DNA of 62,000 nt, from the NCBI GenBank assembly GCA_951406725.2, contig OX597834.1, positions 40,010,001 to 40,072,000 of the forward strand, read 5' to 3'. The notes beneath the pieces are model-generated. The model saw nothing but the letters and a program-made list of their open reading frames with translations, made no database searches and was not told the DNA's origin. A program made the position numbers and the translations under genes. The DNA comes from Octopus vulgaris. Lineage: Eukaryota. Shown piece by piece: positions 1 to 13,157 of the stretch (within the stretch, counting starts at the first letter, position 1; every line of letters begins with the position of its first letter).

Positions 1-91
1 TGGGTTAAATGTATATATATGTGTGTTTGTATATATATATGTACATATATACATAAGTACGTGTATATATGTATACATATATATGTGTACA

Positions 92-126
<35 letters not shown>

Positions 127-144
127 GTACATATATGTATATAT

Positions 145-362
145 AGTTAAACCAAACATGAAAACACAAAGAGAAAACACAGCAAAGCGAGGACGTGGAA
201 CAAGTATAGTATTATCGGACGCTCAGGAAAGGAAAGAAAGAAGGAGGATTTAATGTTTCGAGCGGAGCTCTTCGTCAGAAACATAGAAAAAGGAAAGGTC
301 CAAGGAAGGGAAGACGGAGGGAAAAAAATCGCGAACGATACACACGCGGTCACATATTGAAC
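145..362 (-). mobile_element. Penelope-like element terminal repeat (pLTR) fragment with hammerhead-like core
   Basis: Minus strand 282-252 reads TTT-CTGACGA-A-GAGC-TCC-GCTC-GAAAC-ATT-AAA. Related repeats occur at 16455 and 31636. The motif is typical of PLE terminal repeats (recalled, not aligned). Confidence 0.6.
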
Positions 363-365
363 TAT

Positions 366-550
366 GTATATGTATATGTGTGTGTGTGTGTGTGTGTATG
401 TTTGTGTGTCTGTGTTTGTCCCCCTAGCATTGCTTGACAATCGATGATGGTGTGTTTATGTCCCCGTCACTTAGCGGTTCGGTGAAAGAGACCGATAGAA
501 TAAGTGCTAGGCTTGCAAAGAATAAGTCCTGGGGTTAATATGCTTGACAA
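366..550 (+). mobile_element. OR/CORE-type SINE, 3' half
   Basis: gtttgtcccc..gcttgacaa..cttagcggttcgg..gaccgatagaataagt..gaataagtcctgggg, shared with the many copies below. Confidence 0.8.
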
Positions 551-697
551 AATGTGGGTGCGTGTCACTCGTATGTGCAGCATGTGCAGGAAGAGAACCT
601 GTTTGGCTTTGTAATTGGTTTACATGTATCTGGGTACACGTCAACACAACTATGTATGGATGAAGAGCTGTGTGTGTGTGTGTTTGTGAGTATTAGT

Positions 698-772
698 GTG
701 CATGCGCATGTGAGTGAGTGCATGCGCATGTGAGTGAGTGCATGCACATGTGAGTGAGTGCATGCGCGTGTG
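698..772. repeat. 20-bp tandem repeat GTGCATGCGCATGTGAGTGA, about 4 copies
   Basis: Directly visible tandem units. Confidence 0.85.
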
Positions 773-1579
773 TCTGTGTGTGAGTGTGCATGTTTTTATG
801 TGTGTGTGTGAGTGTGCATATGCATGTTTGTGTGTATGTGTGTGAGTGTGCATGTTTGTGTGAGTGCGTGTGTATTTGTGTGTGTGTGTGCCTATATTTG
901 TTTGTGCATGCATGTATATGTGTATGTGCATGTGTATGTATTTATTTGTGTGTGTGCGTATGCACGTGTATCTATTTATGTAGCACACACACACATATGC
1001 TGTAAAGAGCACGAACCCTTTTCTCTACAATCCTTACATATATCCCCCCACACACACACACACACACACATACATACACACGCACTCTCCTCCTCTCTCA
1101 TATGCACATTCTTTCTCTTCATCCCTCTCTCTCATCTTCTTGCACACACACACACACACTTATACTCTCTCTCTCTGTCTCTCTCCCTCTCTCACACACA
1201 TCTCCCCTCTCTCCTTCTCTCTCCCATAGGATATCTGTGTGTGTCCCAAAGTGGACAGTCATGTGTTTGAGCCAATCCTGTAAGGAGAACAGGATATTAC
1301 AAGAGGGACAACAATACCAATTCTGATTGCTCTAGTTATGCTTGTTGGTGATGTGATGGTCATGATGGTGAGAATAAAAGAGAGAGACAAACGTTTGAAC
1401 TTTATGATAAGCAACAACAAAACACAATACAATACAACAAACACACAACAATATGCACGGCTAAAACAATACATAATACAAAACGAAAACAAAAACAAAA
1501 CTTATAAAATATTCTTTCCTACTCTAGGCACAAGGCCCGAAAATTATTTGGCGGGAGGAGCTAGTTAATTAGATCAACT

Positions 1580-3162
<1,583 letters not shown>

Positions 3163-3376
3163 TAAGGTGGTATGTATGTGTGGTTAAGAAGTTTGCTCCT
3201 CCATTTCATGTCTTTAGGTTCAGTCCCATAGTGTGATGCTGCCTTGTTGGAGTGAGTACCTTCTACTATATTCCCAGGCTGACCGACGACTTGTAAAGGA
3301 ATTTTGGAGATGGAAACTGAAACGACCCTGTGCTGCACAAACACAAACAAATGATGTGTATGTGTGTAGGGGGGAG

Positions 3377-3546
3377 GGTCCGATTTGAATTTTTTCTTCT
3401 ACGGAATGAAGAGCAAGCCTTCTTCTATCATACTCTCAAGTTTGGTCAGCTTGCGCCGCAGGGTCTCGGAGGAGATAGTGTTAGTTGAAGGCTACCAAAC
3501 CTGCCACACACACACAGACAACTTCAGCTTTATATATATAGAGAGA
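3377..3546 (-). mobile_element. Non-autonomous Helitron-like element, 5' fragment (copy 1)
   Basis: Minus strand begins A|TCTCTCTATATATATAAAGCTGAAGTTG. Near-identical to 8937-9106 with the same sharp terminus. Confidence 0.55.
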
Positions 3547-3731
3547 TTTTATGATTGTTGTCGTCGTACAGAACTAATTGACTTTTAAAGAAATAGCTTA
3601 ATGAGGCAAGGGAAGTAACTCAAAACATGCTCACCTGATCGAGTTAGTGATATAGAGTTATTTCCCTTGCACACCCAGGCAATCTGGTTTCTTTTAACCA
3701 GCCAGCATTTACAATTCTATCGTATTACAAT

Positions 3732-3975
3732 CTGTTGTGTCTGGGGAGAGTCATTTTCTTTTTGTGCCTTATACTTCAACTCACTCACAGGTAAAATTTC
3801 TACTTTTTTCTTATTTTTATTTTCCTAAAATTTTCGTTGCGTCTTGCAACCCTTTCAATAGTTGACGCAACGAAAATTTTAAGAAAATATAAATAAGAAA
3901 TAAGCGGAAATTTTACCGGTGAGTGTGTTGAATTATAAGGCACAAAAAGAAAATGACTCTCCCCAGACACAACAG
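3732..3975. repeat. Fold-back element: ~112-bp inverted arms, 20-nt loop
   Basis: ctgttgtgtctggggagagtcattttctttttgtgccttata...gcgtc (3732-3843) versus gacgc...tataaggcacaaaaagaaaatgactctccccagacacaacag (3864-3975). Confidence 0.92.
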
Positions 3976-4009
3976 AATATGCTTCAACACACGAACTCAC
4001 GTAATATTT

Positions 4010-4683
4010 ATATATTGCTGCCATAATCCTTGCCCTCAGTTCGTCTTTGGTGTTATAGGGAGTTTTGTTGGTCTTTTGTTCAACTGCAATTGACTCATAA
4101 TAATCAAGGGGGTTGCAGTCTGGGGAGTTAGGTGACCAGATGTTAGGAGTGATGTCCTTGTTTGTCCCCTCTATGTTTAGCCCCTTGTGGGTAGTAAAGA
4201 AATAAGTGTGCTGTTACCAGACACAGAGTCTTCCAGCAGCCACCCCCTTGACCCTTTTCAGGCCAGCACTACCTTCGCCAGGCACATGATGTAGGCATCC
4301 GTGTTGAGTCTAAGGCCGTGTGGGAAGATGAATGGAGGCATAATGTCACCATCACCTAGTGATCACTCCAAACACCATGATGTTGACTGGATGTTTTCTT
4401 TTTATCACTCTTGGCACACATTTGGGGGGACACAGCAAGCCAACGATTGTTTTGTGTGGTCACCATCTGTCCATATTGGAGTTTCCAACACAAATGCCAA
4501 GTAGTGCAGCTTGTTGTTTCCAAATTTCTGGCAGAGTAAATTGCGTCGTGGTGCCTGTTTTTCTCACAGACGGTGCCCAACTGACCCTACTATACTGTGT
4601 AGTCAACAGAATCAAAAACAAGCAATGCTCATGTGCAAAATTAAGAAAATAAAATGGCGACAATTTACCCATCGCACCCTGTA
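4010..4683 (-). mobile_element. Defective Tc1/mariner DNA transposon (maT/DD37D-like), internally deleted and SINE-interrupted
   Basis: TA|CAGGGTG terminus at 4683. Translated pieces: TQFTLPEIWKQQAALLGI, HPVNIMVFGVIT-DGDIMPPFIFPHGLRLNTDAY, and DITPNIWSPNSPDCNPLDYY..TKDELRARIMAA, with stops and frameshifts. Confidence 0.85.
4150..4205 (+). mobile_element. OK-type SINE 3' tail inside the mariner
   Basis: ttgtttgtcccctctatgtttagccccttgtgggtagtaaagaaata, matching the tails at 7258 and 19886. Confidence 0.8.
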
Positions 4684-4691
4684 CTTATATA

Positions 4692-5092
4692 TCCTTTACT
4701 TGTTTCATTTATTAGACTGTGCCCATGCTGGGGCACCACTTTATAGACTGTTTTAGTTAGATAAAGTGACCTCAGGACTTATTCCAATGGTTTCTGTTTC
4801 CAAAGTGCTAAGTTACCAGGATGTAAACACATCAGTACAAGATGTCACGCAGTAGTGCGGAACAAATACAGACACAAAGACACACACAGACATAAATACA
4901 TATATATATATATGTATGTGTGTGTGTGGGGGGGCTTCTTTTAGTTTTTATGTACCAAATCCATTCGATGGGCTTTGGTGAGCCTGAGGCTAGATTAGAA
5001 CACCCTTGCCAAAGGTGCCACACAGTGGGACTGAACACAGAACCATGTAGCTGGGAAGCAAGCTTCTTACCACACAGCCTTACCTGTGCCTA
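4692..5092 (-). mobile_element. OR/CORE-type SINE
   Basis: Reverse complement of the tRNA-like head, ggcaccttgggcaag core and cagcatgg tail. Confidence 0.8.
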
Positions 5093-5133
5093 AATACATA
5101 CATATATATATATATTGAATAACACATCGGCCC

Positions 5134-5522
5134 AACTTGGATGTGTTTTTTATAATGCTTTGTCTGTAGTAATTGTCCTGAAAATCATTTTGCAATTTTG
5201 CATAGATGGCAAATGCTAAAAACCATTCAAATTCTATTATCAGTTGACAAAATTCCAGCAGTACACGAGCAGATGACGCTACCATGTCATGTAATTTCAC
5301 TCTATTGCAGATCATGCTCTCTTGCATTCAGCTTGGCTAGCTGCCACTGATGATCTGCAATATGTCGAAATCACGTGATACAATACAGCAGTGTCAACCA
5401 CCACTGACAGAATTTCATCAACTGATAATAGAGTTCAAATGCTTTTTAGCATTATTTGATTCACAAAATGATTTTTCAGGACATTTACAGCAGTCTAAGG
5501 TGTTATAAACAACATCCAAATT
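5134..5522. repeat. Degenerate fold-back/MITE-like palindrome
   Basis: Arms gtcctgaaaatcattttg..aatgctaaaaaccattcaaattctattatcagttga and their reverse complement at 5410-5508. Perfect inner 13-bp inverted repeat at 5303-5315 / 5350-5362. Confidence 0.8.
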
Positions 5523-5570
5523 AAGTTGAGTGCGCTAATTAACAATCATTATAAAAGCTGCTTCAGTTGC

Positions 5571-5623
<53 letters not shown>

Positions 5624-5853
5624 TATATATATATATATATATATTTGTGTATAGGTGCATGTGTTTGTTTGCTCGTTTTATGTCTGTTTTCTATGCCGGA
5701 ATGTGCTAGATGAATAGATTATTGTGGTATTATTTTACAGAGGGATGCCATTCCAGTTGCAAGGGGGAACAGAGTGACAGGAGTGATGGCAAAGAAGAGG
5801 ATAGAAAATTGATAGAGATAGTGCTACAAATGAGAAGTAGTAAAAGCAGGATC

Positions 5854-5884
<31 letters not shown>

Positions 5885-7039
5885 TAAATTAGGGATAAAT
5901 GACAGAGTGATGGACAGTTGTAGAAGTGGTCAGTGGTAAGAGTGTGTGAACTGAATTTCACTAATATTGTGTGTGTGTGTGTGTACACAACTTTAAACTG
6001 CATCCTGTAGCAGGGCTCTGGTTCATCTGTGTGCCAGTGTCTTGAGGAGTGTGGAACCACTTCTTAACCATTGCTGTTCCTGGGTCCGATCTGACTCAGA
6101 GTAGTAACACCTGTGAGGGGTTCCCGGTATGGGTTAATTAACATGGAATTTTCTCTATAGAAGGTCACTCACAAGCACCCCCAACAGACCCAGAGCTGAC
6201 GAGGCCCTTCAGCTCTCTAGCTATTCATGTAAGAGACTAACCCCATACAAATCCTGCATTGCATCCTGATAACTATTGTCTCATGGCACTTGTTACATTA
6301 GACAAATGTAAGTCTTAAGGATGAAAGAGTGGGGCTAGCGCTGCACAAACCATGCTCACTCTAATAAAAGTCATCATGTAGGTTATTTAGTTAATCAAGT
6401 CACCAGCACCAATGCCATTACACTTTCTTCAGAAGTTCAGTGCTGATAAGGAAAGGGGTAACAGGGACAGGTAGAGAATTATACTGGAAGTCTCAAGCTT
6501 TGGACCCACACACAGCAGTCATAGGACGATGGTCATTTCTCTGCGTTTTGCTAAACCCTCAGTCATGAAAGCAACAAAGGAATTCAAAAGGAAGTAACAG
6601 AGAGAAACATGTGTGTGTGTTTATATATTTGCACACACAAACACATACACACTATAAAACTGTCTACAGATATTTATTTGGAAGCATTTTAGCTATGAAA
6701 TTAAATCAATGTGTAAACATCCTGATACTCGCTTAAATAAAGAGATAACTCACTGGAAATTTTCTGATAAGTCTGTTTCAGAGATTATTGTCTTCCTTTC
6801 AGAAAAAAATGCATTTTTTAGCTATCCAGTGGGTTAGTAATTTGTATAGATATCTGTAGTAGCTTATCAGCTTATCTGAAGATAACATAAGTGTTCTCTG
6901 CTGATTTGACTATAATATCTATTTAATTAAACAGTATGCAGTAAATATTGTAAATATATACATTATAAGTATTGTAAATATACACTCAGACTATCCAAAG
7001 CTTTGTGAATGGATTCAGTAGCCAGAACCTCATCTTGTG

Positions 7040-7258
7040 ATGAGGCAAGTTGGCAGAAACGGTAGCACGCAGGGCAAAATGCCTAGAGGTATTTCACCTG
7101 TCTTTACCTTCTGAGTTCAAATTCTGCCAAGGTCGACTTTGCCTTTCATCCTTTCGGGGTCGATTAAATAAGTACCAGTTACGTACTGGGGTCGATGTAA
7201 TTGACTTAATCCCTTTGTCTATCCTTGTTTAGCCCCTTGTGGGCAATAAAGAAATAAA
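7040..7258 (+). mobile_element. OK-type tRNA-derived SINE with 14-bp TSD, nested in an older SINE
   Basis: TSD AACCTCATCTTGTG at 7026-7039 and 7259-7272. Body gcctttcatcctttcggggtcgattaaataagtaccag. Confidence 0.92.
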
Positions 7259-7599
7259 AACCTCATCTTGTGTGCGTGTGTTCATGTCATGCCTGTGCTT
7301 GTTCCCCAATCCCTCCACATCATTTGACAACTGGTTAGGAAGTGAGTTTCCTAACCACAGCCATGCCTGCAGCTAAGAATAAAATAAATTCAATGGAATT
7401 CATTCTAACTCGTTTTATAGAACTTTCACCAGTTTCTCTTTCATTCTTCCAATGCGTGTTAATGTGAATTCTCCTACACGAGGTTCCACCACAACCTGAT
7501 GCATCAAACTTTACAAATTTTACTCAACAGCGTCACAGATTTCTTATGCTTAAATATACATAAACAGAAATATTATGGCTATTTAAGGTAAATATTTCG

Positions 7600-7885
7600 T
7601 GATTCGTGTCCGTTGCCAGCCTCGCCTGGCCCTCGTGCCGGTGGCACATAAAAAGCACCATCCGTTCGTGGCCGTTTGCCAGCTCTGTCTGGCACCTGTG
7701 CGGGTGGCACGTAAAAAGCACCCACTACACTCTCGGAGTGGTTGGCATTAGGAAGGGCATCCAGCCGTAGAAACACTGCCAGATTTGACTGGGCCTGATG
7801 AAGCCTTCTGGCTTCACAGACACCAGTAGAACCGTCCAACCCATGCTAGCATGGAAAACGGACGCTAAACGATGATGATGATGAT
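7600..7885 (+). mobile_element. RTE-clade LINE 3' UTR fragment
   Basis: cccactacactctcggagtggttggcattaggaagggcatccagc...ccaacccatgctagcatgg..(gat)n tail, same as the tail of 46268-47121. Confidence 0.85.
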
Positions 7886-8039
7886 AATTTAAATCTAAAT
7901 ATTGGCTTCAAATTCTGGCATAAGAACAGCAATTTCAGAGGAAGGGCTAAATTGATGACATCAATCCCACAGCGCAATTAGTACTTATTTTATCAACCCC
8001 CCAAAGGAGGAAAGGTTAAGTTGACCTCAGTGGTATTTG

Positions 8040-8260
8040 AACTCAGAAACATTAGCACGCCAGGCAAAATGCATAGCCATATTTTGTCTGCCATTACGTT
8101 CTGAGTTCAAATTCCGCCGAGGTCGACTTTGCCTTTCATCCTTTCGGGGTCGATTAAATAAGTACCAGGTACACACTGGAATCGATATAATCAACTTAAT
8201 CCGTTTGTCTATCCTTGTTTGTCCTCTCTGTGTTTAGCCCCTTGTGGGTAGTAAAGAAAT
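8040..8260 (+). mobile_element. OK-type SINE
   Basis: Same head, body and tail as 7040-7258. Confidence 0.88.
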
Positions 8261-8306
8261 AGGTTTTTGAACTCAGAATGTAAAGTCGGAAAAAATGTTG
8301 CTAATA

Positions 8307-8722
8307 GGCGTAGGAGTGGCTGTGTGGTAAGTAGCTTGCTTACGAACCACATGGTTCTGTGTTCAGTCCCACTGTGTGGCACCTTGGACAAATGTCTTCT
8401 ACTATAGCCTCGGGCCGACCAAAGCTTTGCGAGTGAATTTGGTAGACGGAAACTGAAAGAAGCCCATCGTATATGTGTATATATATATGTATATGTGCAT
8501 GTATGTGTGTGTATATGTTTGTGTGTCTGTGTTTGTCCTCCCAACATCGCATGACAACCGATGCTAGTGTGTTTACATTCCCGTAACTTAGCGGTTCAGC
8601 AAAAAGGACCAACAGAATAAGTACTAGGCTTACAAAGAATAAGTCCTGGGGGCGATTTGCTCGACTAAAGGTGGTGCTCCAGCATGGTCGCAGTCAAATG
8701 ACTGAAACAAGTAAAAGAGTAA
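8307..8722 (+). mobile_element. OR/CORE-type tRNA-derived SINE, full length
   Basis: tRNA-like A/B boxes (tggctgtgtggt..gttcagtccc), ggcaccttgg core, internal (TG)n, tail gtcaaatgactgaaacaagtaaaagag. Confidence 0.92.
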
Positions 8723-8936
8723 GCTTTTTTTCCACAATGGCAATGATTCTGCCAACTCGTCACTTTATTTAAGCATTAAATTATAAATTAAGCATTAAAA
8801 AAAATATTTATCTATATATTATTTTATGGAATTCTTCTGAAGGTTCTCTGGAGCAAATGTTACTTGACAGGGTGCACGACTCGGACATTAGGGAGTCTAT
8901 CTAGGTTTTGATGTAAATAATTTTTGGTGTTAACAT

Positions 8937-9106
8937 GGTCCGATTTGAATTTTATCTTCTATGGAAGGAAGAGCAAGCCTTCTTCTATCATACTCTCAAT
9001 TTTGGTCAACTTGCACCGCAGGGTCTCGGAGGAGAGAGTGTTAGTTGAAGGCTACCAAACCTGCCATACACAGGCAACTTCAGCTTTATATATATATAGA
9101 GAGAGA
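8937..9106 (-). mobile_element. Non-autonomous Helitron-like element (copy 2)
   Basis: Matches 3377-3546. May extend to a CTAG at 8901-8904. Confidence 0.55.
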
Positions 9107-9199
9107 TTTCAGTGGAAAAGAAAACGAATGTCGTACACTTACTGAATGATATTTTTCAGTGATTTTGTAGGATGAAAATATATGTTTCTCCACATCATC

Positions 9200-9440
9200 A
9201 TCATCATCATCGTAGTTTAGCGTCCGCTTTCCATGCTAGCATGGGTTGGACGGTTCAACTGGGGTCTGGGAAGCCAGAAGTCTGATCTAGCAATGTTTCT
9301 ACGGCTGGATGCCCTTCCTAACGCCAACCACTCCGTGAGTGTAGTGGGTGCTTTTTACGTGCCACCGGCACAGGTGCCAGACGAGTCTGGCAAATGGCCA
9401 CGATCGGATGGTGCTTTTTATGTGCCACCAGCACATGTAA
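9200..9440 (-). mobile_element. RTE LINE 3' UTR fragment
   Basis: (cat)n tail followed by cgtccgctttccatgctagcatgggttgg. Confidence 0.85.
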
Positions 9441-9790
9441 CTACAATATTGTCAAAGTATTCTGTAATAAAGTATAACACCTGAAATTTATAATAAATAA
9501 ATTAGATTATAGTTGTCGAGCATCTCAACATAATCTTTCAGGTGAAATGTGAACTTATAACATTGGTCAAGAAAATTGCCATACAAGATGTGAAACTTAT
9601 ATGTAACTGTGATGGACCCCATGGAGGAGGTGCTTCATGTACCTACCTCCGGAACCATCCCAGAAATAGTGGGCGGAGAAAATGGATGGATGGATCGATG
9701 GATGGATCGGAAACAATATTTAAATATTCATTTTTTAAATTAGGGGAAAAAAAAAAAAACTGACAGAAGAAATTGTAAAGAAATTCTCAC

Positions 9791-9938
9791 CTGGTTGTCT
9801 ACTTTTTATAAGTTTCTTAATTCCAAATGGTAAAGTATTTAATTTATGCTTATGGGGAGATAAATTGCCACTCCTCGCTCCACAGCATAAAAAACAATTT
9901 GCCACAGATATATCCAATAAAGGCTTGTTATTTCCCAT
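9791..9938 (-). CDS. Candidate first coding exon (MGNNKPLLDISVANCFLCCG...SRQP), product unknown
   Basis: Acceptor cccattttcactcag before 10022, no upstream ATG in the exon, A at -3 and G at +4 of the ATG, donor CAG|GTGAGA at 9790. No homology recognised. Confidence 0.3.
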
Positions 9939-11779
9939 GATGCAATGCAGTTTTGTTTTTGTTTCACAGATTTTTCAAACAGGAATGTCTTTACAAATAG
10001 CTACCAATGTCTCACAAAAGGGCTGAGTGAAAATGGGACAATTTTTCCGGCATATTTTTGTGTAATATTTCATCCATTTCTTGTAATCAATTATAAAGCA
10101 GCTATGTTAGAAACCAACCTTTTTTTTTATAAAGAAATTCTATAGAAAAACTGTACTATAAAGTAGTTTAGACAACACAGTAGCTATATTAAAAAGTAAG
10201 TATTTATAAAGAAGCTGTACTACAAAGTTCTACAATAATCCAGTTATATGATAAAGTTATATTATGAAAAAGCTCTACAGAGAAGCTGTGTTATAAGGTA
10301 GTTATATGGTACAGTAGCAATATTATAAAGTAGCTACACTGTATAGTTGTTGCACTATATAAAAGCTATATATATAGGGAGAGTAGTTATAATACGAAAC
10401 AGCAATATTATGAAGTAGGTATTATATAAAGTTGTTCTATTACTAAGAAGATTTATCATAAAGATGCTATCCAAGTTAATTAAATTTTGCTGATATAGAG
10501 GAATGAAATTGCAATTCTTTTTTTAAATCAATAAAGAATTATAATAAATATGTAAATAGATATATTAAATTAATTTATAAGATATTAATAACAATGAAAA
10601 AATTTAATGTTTAACAAATATTTAATAGTAAAAGTGTTTTATAGTTGATTTTTTTTTATTCCCTTTCATGCCCTTTTTCTATTATTTTAATTGTATTTTA
10701 ATAAAATTCCTTCATTTACTGATTATCCAACAAATAAGTCACAGAATTTCTGTCTGGCATTCGCAGAAATGTTGAAATGGAATGAAATATAAATTAACAG
10801 CAACAGTTGTAGACAAACTATATTAATAATTTTCTCAAATTTGTATCCAAGAACGACCTTCTAGATTGATTAGATTAAAAATAATCGGAAAGACAATATC
10901 TTTAATTACAATCTCTTCGTCTGTGTTTTAAATAAACAAATAATAAAATGCTTACGGAGTTAAAATTTTAATTCAGTTATTTTAATTAGTTGAGAGGATC
11001 GATATAGCTTGTTATGCCTCGTTATATAATTCTTGTGGAAGGATATAAGAAATAGGGGACGGAAAAACAAAACGAGAGAAAAAAAAAACCGCTTTTTTCC
11101 TGCACCTTAACTTGAAGAAATTCAAAGACGTTTTAGTCTTAAGAATTGTACCGGGAATTCCAAAACGTAATACAACTTTAATTATAATAATAATAATAAC
11201 AATAATAATAATAACAATAACAATAATAATAACAATGATAATGATAAAAATATTGGTAATAATAATAAAAATAGTTATTTGGTATAAGGATGGTGTATGC
11301 TATCAATGCTAATTCTTCATTTAAAATGGTATATTTCCACTCTTAAATCATTAAAAAAAAAAACATATATAAATATAATAAGACAGCTAAATGTCAAGAG
11401 AATCGTAGTTTAATCAATGTCAAATCGATATACTGTATATGGTCAATATATATATATATTATACTTAATTATATATATATGTGTGTGTGTATATATGTAT
11501 GTATATAGATGTGTGTATGTGGGTGGGCTGAACGTAACACGGATTACATGCTGAGGTATTTTGCGTTTGGTCAACTTTTTCAACAAATATGTTTCTTCCT
11601 TTTGGCTCATATTTCTACAGAAAGCTCTCCGCAATGGTAACGCCGAAAGGGAATGGTGTTCTTTGTCCCTGCACCTCGTCCTGTCTTTAAGTAAATTGCT
11701 TCCTTTTTAGACAGATACAAAGAATCATTCGTTAACTTTTTCAAAAAAAAACCAATGCCAATTTTGTAATTTGCCGGAT

Positions 11780-12178
11780 CCGAGATAAAAGTTTTATAAT
11801 GGTAATATAGATCAACGTGGAAACGAAAGCGAGGAAAAACGAAGATAAGATTGCAAGTATACGAGATATTTTTCTTCTTCTTCTTCTCCTTCTCCTTCTT
11901 CTCCTTCTTCTTCTTTATCTGACCCTGCACAAACAGACACCAACACACACAGACGTAGACAGAGAGACATCACTCAGACACCTTTTCTATGGACTCTGCA
12001 GTTCTATAAACTGCAACAAGGTGGTCAGTCGACAATAATATAAACAGCGCTATCGTCACTGCAACACCTACTTACAAGTCGGGCCTCGCGTTACGACAAA
12101 TGCTGCGAATATCTAAATATTTAGAATCTGATTGTATTATGATGGGTGTGAGGGTGTGTATGTGTGTGTGTGCATGCA

Positions 12179-12220
<42 letters not shown>

Positions 12221-13000
12221 TGATCAATGTAAAGAAGAAATATTTCATTCACTGATTGAGTGAGTGACAGCTTGAGTTTGAGTGATGTTATTCTCGAGTG
12301 GAGTGCAGATGGAAGTTAGCTAAGAGTGGAGTGAAAACAGAGTTTGCGGTGGCATTATGAAATCGAAATGAAGAAGAAGAAGAAGAAGAAGAAGACATGA
12401 GAAAATAAATAAATAAAAATAAAACAAAAATACCAAAAAAAAAAATGTTTAATTCCAGTCATTTGAAGAAACAAAAATAAAACAAAAATAACAAAAACCA
12501 ATAACGAAAAGACGACAAGAAAGAAAATAACCCAAGAAAAGTGAAGGAAGGAAAGAAGAAAGGAAGGAAGGAAGGAAGGATGGGAGGAAGGAAAGAAGGA
12601 AGGATGGGAGGAAGGAAGGTTGTTGCGTAAAAGTCAAGTGAACACTTAGGAGTTTTGTAAACAACACTCGTTTTCTATCTCTAAACTGAATGGTATTTAA
12701 AATTTTGATGATTAACCTTTTGGCATGACAATACAAGAATGGTAGAGGGGGGAGTGGTTAGAGAAAGTGAAACAAGGGAAGGTGGGGGGGGGGAGGGGAG
12801 AGGGAGGAAAACATTAATGATCCGAAGGTGGCGGCGAAGAGGGACGAGAGCTGCAAATGAAAACCCACCACCCCATCCCACCCCACTCCACACCCACCCC
12901 TGATGATCAGATGATGTCGCTGTTGTTGTTGTTGTTGTCGATGTTGTTGTTATAATTGTTAGGCGGTGGCGGCGGTGGTGGTGGTGGTGGTGTCGTATAT
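11780..13000 (-). promoter_or_regulatory. CpG-retaining unique region, possible promoter/5' UTR exon ending at donor CTT|GTAAGT (intron from 12075)
   Basis: Visible CpG clusters, G/C-run tracts at 12770-12900, consensus donor. Inference only. Confidence 0.3.
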
Positions 13001-13157
13001 ATAGCCTGCCCAAGACACAACATTGGTTGAGAGAGCAAGGCCTATGGTCGAAGACGTTCCAGCTATGACCATCCCAAGTTTTTTTTTTTTATTTTTATCC
13101 GCTGTTTCTAACAACTACACTTGGATATCTCATCTGTTCCTCTTGCTTTAAGCAAGG

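Noticed and set aside
6080-6560. GC-richer segment resembling a LINE 5' UTR
   Set aside because: No translatable motif or second copy in the window to support a call.
7380-7500. Possible next exon of the 9791 gene model (GCGGTSCRRIHINTHW...)
   Set aside because: Weak acceptor, no good donor, and the frame runs into a SINE.
8307-8390. tRNA-like A/B boxes here and at other SINE heads
   Set aside because: They continue into SINE bodies and lack a full cloverleaf; not tRNA genes.
12815-12830. GGATCATTA on the minus strand, like the 18S rRNA 3' end
   Set aside because: Only 9 nt match, with no flanking rRNA similarity.
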